DNA from: a bacterium
GTDB lineage: Bacteria; Patescibacteriota; Patescibacteriia; Buchananbacterales; GWA2-38-13
Assembly (NCBI GenBank): GCA_030648715.1
Contig: JAUSGZ010000014.1
Span: 1,055-65,054, forward strand
Reading direction: 5' to 3'
Length of the DNA: 64,000 nt
The notes under the pieces are model-generated. The model did no database searches. It was given only the letters and a program-made list of their open reading frames with translations, and was not told the DNA's origin. Below, piece after piece: positions 8,737-17,742 of the stretch; the stretch's first letter is position 1; every line of letters begins with the position of its first letter. A program made the position numbers and the translations under genes.

Positions 8737-10383
8737 CTAGCGTTTTAACCCGACATCAATGTGGTCCAATGGCTGAAATACGCAGGTATGATACCGCTGC
8801 AGTTCTATCGTACCATACCGCCAATCAGGATGATGCGGGATGACGAACACTTCTCCGACCCGGCAGTATTGGCGCAAGGCGTTGTCCAAAAGACGATCGG
8901 GATCATAATGAACCGCCCCACCGGCGCGGACATACCACACGGTGTCGAAACCGCGCAGTTGCGCGCCAAGATCATGCAGGGATTCTTGGTTGATCCAGTG
9001 CAAACCGACCCGGCGGGCATAAGCAAGGGGAAGATCAATACCCTCGACCGACTCTTTGGGGATGGGAAGACGGACCATTGGGAGTCCCCCGCCGTAGTAG
9101 TAAGAAAGCAACACTGAATCTTCATAGTGAGCGACGATCGCGGTGCCGGGTTGCGGAGGAATTGTCCGCATGACGGAATGTACGACCGGCCAGTAAGCAT
9201 CCTGGTAGTGCAGCTTTGTGGTCAGGACTACGAAAACGTTGGCGCTCATCACGGCAGCAATCAACGCGACGAAAAACCACTGCTGCGCCCAGTGCCGCGT
9301 AAGATGCGAGATACCACGGAATATCAGGAGACAAAAGAACGGCAGCGTGTAGGAAACATATCGACTGACCGGGGCCCGCAAGCTCCAAAGGATGGTGAGG
9401 GGAACAAGAACGATGATCGCCAATGCGGCCGCCCGCAGATCGGTCACCCGCAATCCGATGGCAAGGGTGCGGCGGGAGAAACGGAATTGGAAGAACACCA
9501 GTCCCAGCGCGGTGATGACCAGGGTGATCACGGCGGAGGAGATCCACACGGGTACATCTGCCACATACCAGACGAGCAACTCAAACGGCATCCGCCAAAA
9601 AATGTAAAAATTGATCGGGATATTATCCAGCCAACGCTGAGAGGGCGCCAAATACCAGTGGAGCACTCGATCGTACAGCACCACGAACTGCGGCACATAC
9701 GCCGCAACGATCGCGACCTGACCGGCAACCCAAGGAATGATCGACCCTTCAACACGATGCTGGCGGCGCCAGAGCAACCACACGACATTGTGGGCAAAGA
9801 CAAAAAACCAGAACGGGTAGTGGATATAGGTCCCGACGATCCCGGCCACCACATACCAGCCATACCACGACCAGGACCGAGGGTAACGGAAGATCTGTGA
9901 AAGCAGCCACGTGAGAATAACCCCGGCTGCGACCAACAGAGCGTACATCCGCGTCTCCGTGGCGAAAAAAATCGTCGATTGTGCTATCCAAAAAAGCACG
10001 GTTGCCCGAAAAGCGACCGTGGCGTCGAACAGCTGCCGACCGAAAAAGTACACCAGCAACGCCGCGACAATCGTGGTCAGCAGCGATAATACTCCCGTCG
10101 CGATCTCTCCAACCCCGAAGGCAACGGTCCAGGCCTTGAGCAGAAAGTAATACCCGGGAGGAAACCAATCATTGGCGACAAATGCCAACATCCGAGCCCA
10201 TGGTTGCTGGACGTAATAGACGGTATTGGCCTCATCGAACCAATACGGCGCCGGCAGCTGGGTCAGCATGATCACTCCCGCAACCGCGCACGCCACCCCC
10301 GCGAACCATACCTCTGGACGCCAAAAGCGGAACGCTTTCAAGCGTGACCCTACTGCTTGGCGCAATGTTTGGAGGACTGGCAT
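8737..10383 (-). CDS. GT-C fold glycosyltransferase, ArnT/PMT-like (GT39/GT83 family), polytopic membrane protein
   Basis: 548 aa, about 12 TM helices. The first extracytoplasmic loop contains WFDEANTVYY (DE motif of PMT/ArnT enzymes). It overlaps the upstream gene by 34 nt. Confidence 0.75.
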   Translation of the reverse strand: MPVLQTLRQAVGSRLKAFRFWRPEVWFAGVACAVAGVIMLTQLPAPYWFDEANTVYYVQQPWARMLAFVANDWFPPGYYFLLKAWTVAFGVGEIATGVLSLLTTIVAALLVYFFGRQLFDATVAFRATVLFWIAQSTIFFATETRMYALLVAAGVILTWLLSQIFRYPRSWSWYGWYVVAGIVGTYIHYPFWFFVFAHNVVWLLWRRQHRVEGSIIPWVAGQVAIVAAYVPQFVVLYDRVLHWYLAPSQRWLDNIPINFYIFWRMPFELLVWYVADVPVWISSAVITLVITALGLVFFQFRFSRRTLAIGLRVTDLRAAALAIIVLVPLTILWSLRAPVSRYVSYTLPFFCLLIFRGISHLTRHWAQQWFFVALIAAVMSANVFVVLTTKLHYQDAYWPVVHSVMRTIPPQPGTAIVAHYEDSVLLSYYYGGGLPMVRLPIPKESVEGIDLPLAYARRVGLHWINQESLHDLGAQLRGFDTVWYVRAGGAVHYDPDRLLDNALRQYCRVGEVFVIPHHPDWRYGTIELQRYHTCVFQPLDHIDVGLKR

Positions 10384-11651
10384 AACAGGCTCGAATAGCC
10401 CAGGGAGGGAGAAGATAATGAGAGAAAGATCTGGCGAGGGGATACTTGGCGTACGACGGGAAGTATGCGCCCATCTGTTCCGCGGAATGCGTAGTAGAGG
10501 TTGAGGATGGCCAATACACCTGCCAATAACCCTCCCACCATCCGCAGACGGAGCTGATCCGACATCCTCGATATCGCTACCGCCATCGCGACGATGAACA
10601 TCGGACCAAAAACCACATAGTACTTTGGCACACCGACGTCAAAACCGGCCAACAGGAATATCGGTAGCGCGCCAACAACCAGCAGATAGGAAACCGGAGT
10701 GTTGGGTGGAGTGAACGTAACGGTCAGCCAACGTCGCTCGCGATGAAAGGTAAAGAGCAGTGGAAAGGACGTCAAAATGATGAGGATACCAACGCGTAAG
10801 TTGACACTCCAAGAAGCCGTCCAGGTCGGATAAAGATAGCCGTGCATCACGGAAAAGGGAAACTGCCGGGAAGGTACGGCGGGAGTCGCGGATGATATTC
10901 CTTCGGTAATGAACGCAGGAAGCAGACGAAGGTAATGGACGGCCACTGGCGCCACAACCATAAAAAGCAGGGCCTCAAGACGCCACCAGCGCTGCCATTG
11001 GACGGGCGTGATCCTCCACCGTCGCTGCAAGAGGGAAATGGCGGCAGTTTGGGAGAACAACACTAATAGTAGACTCGGGTTGGTGTAGACACCAAGAGCT
11101 GCCGTTGCCCCATACCACCATAAGGACGACGAACGCCCGATCTGAAAATATTGATACAGCGCAAAATTCGTTGCCGTTACCAGCACAATACCGAGCATAA
11201 GTGGGCTGGTTTCCGTAGAATACTGTATCCCAAGGTAACTCGACCAAAACAAGATGATGGAGAGAAGACCGCAAGCAGCCCCTCCCATGCGCTTCGCGAG
11301 TGCATACATCAGCCCGATGCCAACCAGCGTAATAACCAACGAAAGCCCTGCCGTGGCAAGCGGTGTGCTGCCGAAAAGACGCACCCAAAAACCTAGAAGT
11401 AAGCGATAGACCGGGGACGACTGCGCCGGATCCAAAAAGATGGGGGCGCCGCCGCTCAGCAGGCGAGCGCTCTTGGCCACTATTATCTCTTCGTCGGGCG
11501 TATACGGGAGCGCCGCCTGTCGCCAACGCACAACGATACCGCCGATGACCGCTGCACCCAGGAAAAGCCAAAATAGCGGCCGTTGCCAGTCTCGCCGCGT
11601 TTCCGATAACGGTGTTGCCGGATGTCCGAGGTCGCTCATACAGGTCAACAA
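10350..11651 (-). CDS. GT-C fold glycosyltransferase, ArnT/PMT-like membrane protein
   Basis: 433 aa, polytopic. Loop-1 YTPDEEIIVAKSARL (DE motif) with a hydrophobic core. Confidence 0.7.
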   Translation of the reverse strand: MLTCMSDLGHPATPLSETRRDWQRPLFWLFLGAAVIGGIVVRWRQAALPYTPDEEIIVAKSARLLSGGAPIFLDPAQSSPVYRLLLGFWVRLFGSTPLATAGLSLVITLVGIGLMYALAKRMGGAACGLLSIILFWSSYLGIQYSTETSPLMLGIVLVTATNFALYQYFQIGRSSSLWWYGATAALGVYTNPSLLLVLFSQTAAISLLQRRWRITPVQWQRWWRLEALLFMVVAPVAVHYLRLLPAFITEGISSATPAVPSRQFPFSVMHGYLYPTWTASWSVNLRVGILIILTSFPLLFTFHRERRWLTVTFTPPNTPVSYLLVVGALPIFLLAGFDVGVPKYYVVFGPMFIVAMAVAISRMSDQLRLRMVGGLLAGVLAILNLYYAFRGTDGRILPVVRQVSPRQIFLSLSSPSLGYSSLLCQSSKHCAKQ

Positions 11652-11822
11652 TGTGGCGTCAGCTGCGGCAATTCCTATCGCGTGGACCCACTCCTGCTGC
11701 CAAAATTAACCGCGCGGCATATTGCGGCCAACGATGTTGTCATATATAATTTTTTGGCAGGAATTTTCTTGGCTACGAGCGAGGTACCCGGACCTATGCG
11801 GCAAATGATACAATAAAGTAGC

Positions 11823-13259
11823 ATGGACAAAGCTCCGTATCAAGAAAAGTTACGCGTGCTCATCATCGGCGCAGGACCGGCCGGCTTGACGGCGGCGCTG
11901 GAAGGCGTGCGCCGTGGCTACTCGGTCACCGTATTGGAAGCCAGCGATCAATCGGGCGGACTGGCAAAGACCGTTTTCCACGACGGCTATGGCTTTGATA
12001 TCGGGGGCCACCGCTTTTTCACGAAATTCCCGCAGGTCGAACAGTGGTGGCACGAGGTGCTGCGGGACGACTTCATCACCGTCCGCCGGCAATCGCGCAT
12101 CTACTACCGCGGAAGATTTTTCGACTACCCGTTGCGGCCGCTCAATGCACTTGCCGGTCTGGGTCCAGGGATGAGCCTGCGTCTGGCGGGCAGCTACCTG
12201 TGGGCGCGCCTTCACCCACGTCGCCCAGAAACAACGTTTGAAGATTGGGTATCCAACCGTTTTGGCCGCCTGCTGTTCTCCATTTTTTTCAAAAGCTACA
12301 CGGAAAAAGTCTGGGGTATTCCCTGCAATGAGCTCTCGGCCGATTGGGCTGCGCAACGCATCAAATCACTATCCTTGAGCAAGGCGGTACTGAACGCCAT
12401 CCGACCTCAACGCGGAAGCATTACCACGCTCATCGAAGAATTTCAATACCCGCGGCGCGGCCCGGGCATGCTATGGGAGAGAGTGGTACAACTCGTGGAG
12501 GATGCGGGCGGCCGCGTGCTGCTGCAATCGCCGGTACAGCATCTGGTGGCGTTGCCCGGTCACGGATTCCGCGTAACAGCGATGGTAGACGGGAAGACAC
12601 AAGAACTTTTTGCCGATGCGGTCATCTCGACAATGCCCCTGCCAGACCTGGTAGCGATGCTGGAACCCGCGCCGCCCGCCGATGTGCGCGCCGCCGCCGA
12701 GCGGCTCACCTTTCGTGATTTTCTGAGTGTCTTGCTGGTGCTGAAAACAACCGCGCTCTTCCCCGATAACTGGATCTATATCCATGATCCGTCCATTCGG
12801 GCCAGTCGCGTCCAAAACTACGGGAACTGGAGCGCCGCGATGGTACCCCAACCAGGAACGAGCGGCATCGGCGTCGAATACCACTGCCAGCAAGGCGACC
12901 AACTGTGGACCAAAACCGACGACCAGCTCATTGCGCTAGCGACGGAAGAACTCTCGCGGCTGCGGCTCGCGGAACCGGCACAGGTGCAGCGCGGCTGGGT
13001 CATCCGAGAACCCTACGCGTACCCCCGCTATACCGACGACTACCAACAGCACGTGAAGACCATCGCACGTCATCTCGCAAGCATTCCGAGGCTACAGACC
13101 GTCGGCCGCGCCGGAATGCACAGATATAACAACCAGGATCACTCGATGCTCACGGCGATGCTGGCGATCGACAATCTCAGCGGAGCCCGCCATGACCTCT
13201 GGGCGGTGAACGCCGATGATGAGTACCACGAAATAAAAATATCAAAGCCGCGGCACTAA
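11823..13259 (+). CDS. FAD-dependent oxidoreductase, UDP-galactopyranose mutase-like / amine-oxidase fold
   Basis: 478 aa. GxGxxG VLIIGAGPAGLTAA, GGHRFF, and YTEKVWG (matches the YTEKQWG motif of Glf). It is embedded between GT-C genes. Confidence 0.7.
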   Translation: MDKAPYQEKLRVLIIGAGPAGLTAALEGVRRGYSVTVLEASDQSGGLAKTVFHDGYGFDIGGHRFFTKFPQVEQWWHEVLRDDFITVRRQSRIYYRGRFFDYPLRPLNALAGLGPGMSLRLAGSYLWARLHPRRPETTFEDWVSNRFGRLLFSIFFKSYTEKVWGIPCNELSADWAAQRIKSLSLSKAVLNAIRPQRGSITTLIEEFQYPRRGPGMLWERVVQLVEDAGGRVLLQSPVQHLVALPGHGFRVTAMVDGKTQELFADAVISTMPLPDLVAMLEPAPPADVRAAAERLTFRDFLSVLLVLKTTALFPDNWIYIHDPSIRASRVQNYGNWSAAMVPQPGTSGIGVEYHCQQGDQLWTKTDDQLIALATEELSRLRLAEPAQVQRGWVIREPYAYPRYTDDYQQHVKTIARHLASIPRLQTVGRAGMHRYNNQDHSMLTAMLAIDNLSGARHDLWAVNADDEYHEIKISKPRH

Positions 13260-13273
13260 CATTCGTTCCATTG

Positions 13274-14920
13274 CTAGCTTCCCGCCATCGGCCGGCAGAG
13301 GCCGGCCAGACGGTCGAACCGAAAGAGGAAGATCTTCAACGGCTGCGGCAACGGCACGTACGTCGGCGTCCACCCGTCCGCGATGAGCGCGACGTCCAGA
13401 TCGAATAAGCTGGGAGTGACCGACACCACCCACAGCCGGTCGTACCGTGAAAGATCGGGTGGCAACCGGTAGTCGCGGTACGGAATGTGCGGGTGCGTCA
13501 GCAGGTAGCCTTCTACCGGCGTCTGCCGCGGCGATCCCGACGCGATGGTCAGCTGTCGGGAGCCGATTGTTTCCGGCACGAGGCTGCCGACCGTCTGGCC
13601 GCCGCGGTAGTAATAGTCCAAGAGGATCCGGTAGTTGGGCCAGAATCCCACGATGAGCTCGCGTCCGCCGCGCTCTTGGCCCTCAATAACCCGCGCGACC
13701 GCCGGAAACTGGTGCTGCGGGTCCCACGTAGCGTCATTGGTAAAATACTGCGGACCGTTCATCAGCACGTAGGCGCAAACCGCCACCGCCACGACGGCCA
13801 GGTGCGGAAATCCCAAGCGTACGCGCGCGAACAGCTCCTGCCCGGCCAACGCGATGGCGATGGCAACGGCCGGCAGGACGAACAGCACGTGGCGCTGGTA
13901 GTACCAGGAGTAACGGCCCGACATCGGTGAAACCAGGAACAGCAGCAACGGCGCAACCACCCACATGCCCACCAGCACCAGCCGCTGCCAGCGGTACGCG
14001 GCCGAGGTGTTCCCCTGCCGAACGCGCGCGAACGCCGTAACCGCTGCGAAACCGGCCCCGACGACCAGGAGCAGTAGTGTTGAACCCTGGAGCAGCCGGC
14101 CGAACGCATCGACAGGCCATTTACCCGGGAAAAAGAGAAAATTCATCACAACGTCCAATGGCAGAAAATTTTCCGGCTGCGTCAGCGCCGACAGCGGCGT
14201 CAAGTCGCCGACCGTGCGGTACTGCGCGAAAAGGTTCTTCGCCAGTACGGGCACCCACGGCAGATAGGCAGCCACAATCCCTCCCAATGCCACGGAAAGC
14301 TGCGTTCTCCCTTTTTTAGCGCGCGGGACAAACACCATGGCCGCCAGCACCTGGCTGCCCAGGACAAACCAGTACGCGTAGTGTGTGTACAGCCCGGCAA
14401 CCGCGAGTATGGTAAAACCGGTTATGGCCGCCCGCGAACCGGTTGTTTGCCACCGCGAGAGCGCAAACCACCCGCCGATCGCTATCGCAGTCAGCAGCAT
14501 GTACGGGCGCGCCTCGCGGGAAAACTCCACGAAGAACGGCGAGAGCGCCATCGCCATTGCTGCGACCGACGCCGTTTTGCGATCGAACCACTCCCGAGCT
14601 AACCCGTACAGCAGCCCGACGGACAGCAGCGCGAACAGCAGAGAGAAACCGCGCAGCGCGAACGCCGAGTCGCCCACTGCGCGGACCCACCCCGCCATCA
14701 TGAGGTAATAGAGCGGGGGGTGGTTCTCGTACTGCGCCAGGTACGCGGTCATCTCCACGGGATTTTCCGAATGCCGGTACACGCTCCAGCTCAACACCTC
14801 GTCGAACCACAATGGTTCGCTGCGCAGGTGCGGCAGCCCCAACAAAAAAGTAACCGCGAGCGCGGCAATCAGTCCCATCGGCAATTTCTTAGTCATGGGA
14901 AAACGCAACAACTTGAGCAT
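13274..14920 (-). CDS. GT-C fold glycosyltransferase, ArnT/PMT-like membrane protein
   Basis: 548 aa, polytopic. Loop-1 LWFDEVLSWSVY (DE motif). It is a third paralog of the same family. Confidence 0.75.
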   Translation of the reverse strand: MLKLLRFPMTKKLPMGLIAALAVTFLLGLPHLRSEPLWFDEVLSWSVYRHSENPVEMTAYLAQYENHPPLYYLMMAGWVRAVGDSAFALRGFSLLFALLSVGLLYGLAREWFDRKTASVAAMAMALSPFFVEFSREARPYMLLTAIAIGGWFALSRWQTTGSRAAITGFTILAVAGLYTHYAYWFVLGSQVLAAMVFVPRAKKGRTQLSVALGGIVAAYLPWVPVLAKNLFAQYRTVGDLTPLSALTQPENFLPLDVVMNFLFFPGKWPVDAFGRLLQGSTLLLLVVGAGFAAVTAFARVRQGNTSAAYRWQRLVLVGMWVVAPLLLFLVSPMSGRYSWYYQRHVLFVLPAVAIAIALAGQELFARVRLGFPHLAVVAVAVCAYVLMNGPQYFTNDATWDPQHQFPAVARVIEGQERGGRELIVGFWPNYRILLDYYYRGGQTVGSLVPETIGSRQLTIASGSPRQTPVEGYLLTHPHIPYRDYRLPPDLSRYDRLWVVSVTPSLFDLDVALIADGWTPTYVPLPQPLKIFLFRFDRLAGLCRPMAGS

Positions 14921-15038
14921 TCAAGCACCGCGAACCGATGTGCAAACTGCCGTGTCATGATGCCGTAGAAGCTTCGCCAATATTTCCGATTCCACATATT
15001 ACCGACTACCTACTACCCCACTACTTACTATTCTCACA

Positions 15039-16778
15039 CTACATCGCGTCCGGCGCGGGGATGCCCAAAAGCGACAGCCCGCGGGCCATCACGGTCTTAA
15101 CTGCGAAAACGAGCTGCAGCCGGCTCGACAGCGTCGCGCCCTTGCTCTGCAGCACGGGGACATCCTGATAGAACGACGAGAACGTCTGCGCCAGCTCATA
15201 GAGGTAGGCCGACACAACGCTGGGGTCGTACACGGTCGCGGCACGCTGCACGGCGTGGGGAAAACGCGCCAGCGTTACGAGCAGCGCCTGCTCGAGCGGT
15301 TCCGTGAACGTCGGTTTCGTCTTCCGGGTTTTCCCGGCTTTCTCCAACAGGCTACAGCATCGCGCGTGCACATACTGCAGATACGGTCCGGTCCTGCCGG
15401 CGAACGCTAAGGATTTTTCCGGGTCGAACATCATCGTGGTTGTCGCATTGACCGACAGGATGTAGTACTTCAACGCCGCCAAGGCAATGGCGTGCGCCCG
15501 CTCCCTCACCGCGACGGCAGGCAATTTTTGGTGTCGCGCCCGCACTTCCTCGACCGCCAATTCGTCCAACAGGGAGAGGAGATCATCGGCGCCAGCGCCA
15601 GCCGGGATGCCTTGGCGCGATTTGATCTTGCCCGTCGGCAGCCGCATCATCCCGTACGATAAATGGTGCATCGGGTACGTCTGCCCCAGCTCCTGCATGA
15701 TGGCAAACAGCTGGCGGAACGCCAAATCCTGCTCCGCGCCAACGACGTAGATGGACAAGGCTGGGTCGTGCTTCCCTTTGAGCTGCGCCAGGTACAGGTC
15801 CTGCGTGATATACAGGCTGGTGCCGTCTGACCGCAGCAAAATTTTCTCCGGCAGCCCCTCGTCCTCCAACGGCGCATAGATGTAACCTTCGCTGTGGCGG
15901 CGGAACACCCCGCGCGCCAGCCCGTCCTCCACGACTTCCTTGCCGTGCCGGTAGATCTCGCTTTCAAAGTATCGCACCGCCGGATGGTCCACGCCCATCC
16001 GCTGCAATGTTTCCGTGAATCCATCCATCGTCCAATCAATGAGTTGACGCCAAATTCGCCGCACCTCGGGGTCGCCCGCCTCCCACTGGCGCAAACATTC
16101 CTGCGCCTCCTGTTCCAACTCGGGATGGGCTTCCACCTCTTGTCCGAAGCGCACGTAAAACTGGCCGACGAAATGGTCGGGCTTCATCCCCGCCGTTTCC
16201 GGCGTCGCGCCATTCCCCCAGCGGCGATAGGCGACCGTCGCCTTGCACAGCGCAATGCCGCGGTCGTTGTAGATCGAATTTTCCACCACCGTGAACCCGA
16301 GGGCGGAAAGCAAGCGCGACAGACTCCACCCCAGGCAGACGTTGCGCACGTGGCCCACCGTCATTGGCTTATTGGTGTTGGGCGAGAAATATTCCACCAG
16401 GATCGTTTTCCCTTTTCCAATATTCGCCGAGCCATACGCCGCTCCTTCTTTGACGATCTGGGGAAGCGTCAGCGCGGCGTAGGCGTCAGGCTGAACGAAA
16501 AAATTCACGTAGGGCCCTGCGGCCTGCGCGCGAGCGATCAGCGTCGCGGTTTTCGGCATCACTGCGGCCGCGATACGCCCTGCCACAACGGCAGGCGGTT
16601 CTCCCAAGGCTTTCCCCAGCGTAAAACAGGGCACCGTGAAGTGGCCCAGCGCCGGTTCCGGCGGGTAATCAACGGTGACCGTCGAAGTTTTCCCGACGAC
16701 GGCGCGCACAAAGTCAGTGATCTGTTCGCGGGCAGCCTGCTCCGCGCGGCTGAAATTTTTGTCCTCGATGATCGTCAT
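15039..16778 (-). CDS. argS: arginyl-tRNA synthetase
   Basis: 579 aa. N-terminal Arg-tRNA add-on domain, class I core with NTNKPMTVGHVRN (HIGH-like), and DALR anticodon-binding C-terminus. Confidence 0.92.
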   Translation of the reverse strand: MTIIEDKNFSRAEQAAREQITDFVRAVVGKTSTVTVDYPPEPALGHFTVPCFTLGKALGEPPAVVAGRIAAAVMPKTATLIARAQAAGPYVNFFVQPDAYAALTLPQIVKEGAAYGSANIGKGKTILVEYFSPNTNKPMTVGHVRNVCLGWSLSRLLSALGFTVVENSIYNDRGIALCKATVAYRRWGNGATPETAGMKPDHFVGQFYVRFGQEVEAHPELEQEAQECLRQWEAGDPEVRRIWRQLIDWTMDGFTETLQRMGVDHPAVRYFESEIYRHGKEVVEDGLARGVFRRHSEGYIYAPLEDEGLPEKILLRSDGTSLYITQDLYLAQLKGKHDPALSIYVVGAEQDLAFRQLFAIMQELGQTYPMHHLSYGMMRLPTGKIKSRQGIPAGAGADDLLSLLDELAVEEVRARHQKLPAVAVRERAHAIALAALKYYILSVNATTTMMFDPEKSLAFAGRTGPYLQYVHARCCSLLEKAGKTRKTKPTFTEPLEQALLVTLARFPHAVQRAATVYDPSVVSAYLYELAQTFSSFYQDVPVLQSKGATLSSRLQLVFAVKTVMARGLSLLGIPAPDAM

Positions 16779-16931
16779 ACGCCTGTCTTCTATTCTACCA
16801 GATTTCGCGCGCCAACAGGTCTTTTTTCCTTGACAAAATCAAAAAAATATGCTACCAATATATGCCTTTTGTTCATTCCGCGTGCTATTTCACAACCTTA
16901 CCCAACCTCGTTCCGAATTGAAAGGAGAACG

Positions 16932-17675
16932 ATGCGTTACCGACGATGGATGTTCTTCCCCTGGCAGACATGGGGAATGGTGGCGGCAATTTTTTTCGCC
17001 GCGGGAATCGCCTGGTGGAGCCTCAAGGGCATCCCCGACTACGACCCCAGCCGGCCATGGCAGTTCGCGCGCCTGGTCGCGAGCGGCGAGTACGCCTGGC
17101 AGGAGGAAGGAGATCTCCTCGTGTTCCATGGTGCGGTGCCGGCCATTCGCCAGGCGGCCCTGGATTCTCCCGCACCCGCCGTGCAACTCGAGCTGCGCAA
17201 GCTGCTCATCGCGCTGGACCCGGATGACGATACCCCTCGGATCTTTCAGGATGGCTCCGTCCCGCACGTCCTCAAATCCCTCCCCTGGGGCTTCAACCAC
17301 TGGCTCATCCACAACGGCCACTTGTGCGCCCGCCAGGGGACGGTCCGCGACGTAGTTATGGAATTGATGGAGCTTCCGGAACACGAAGCCCTGGCCGCGT
17401 GGCGCGACTATGTCGTACTGACCGTCATGACCGAGCTCCTCTACGACCAGCGATCGCGGTTCGGTCAGTTCAGTTTCTCGCCCCAGGACGTGGCGCACAC
17501 CACCGCCGAACTGCTGCGGGATGTCTACCGGCCGCTGCGCGCGGCCGCGAAGATCGAAGGCCGGGTGTGGCGCCTGCCCTCCATCCTGGGACCGCTTACC
17601 GAGCTTGAGCAGAAGCTCGCCGAACTGGGCGACCATTCCGAAACTCTGGAATGGTATCAACTGTTCCAGTTCTAG
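16932..17675 (+). CDS. hypothetical protein with one N-terminal TM helix (247 aa)
   Basis: ATG at 16932 preceded by RBS aaaggagaa. The upstream part of the long +ORF (15894..) is antisense to argS and was discarded. No recognisable motif. Confidence 0.55.
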   Translation: MRYRRWMFFPWQTWGMVAAIFFAAGIAWWSLKGIPDYDPSRPWQFARLVASGEYAWQEEGDLLVFHGAVPAIRQAALDSPAPAVQLELRKLLIALDPDDDTPRIFQDGSVPHVLKSLPWGFNHWLIHNGHLCARQGTVRDVVMELMELPEHEALAAWRDYVVLTVMTELLYDQRSRFGQFSFSPQDVAHTTAELLRDVYRPLRAAAKIEGRVWRLPSILGPLTELEQKLAELGDHSETLEWYQLFQF

Positions 17676-17711
17676 GCCGGGCCCCCGGTAGTTCGACCGA
17701 CTGTTCTTTCG

Positions 17712-17742
17712 CAGAGCGACCATCAGGCCGCTCTGTTTTATT
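17712..17742. terminator. bidirectional terminator hairpin
   Basis: cagagcg-accatcaggc-cgctctg followed by ttttatt. It sits between a convergent gene pair. Confidence 0.5.

Noticed and set aside
15894-16931. 5' portion of long + ORF 15894..17675
   Set aside because: It is antisense to argS. The real gene starts at the RBS-preceded ATG at 16932.
16890-17723. 277-aa minus ORF
   Set aside because: It is antisense to the 16932-17675 gene and would overlap the terminator. It has no motif.
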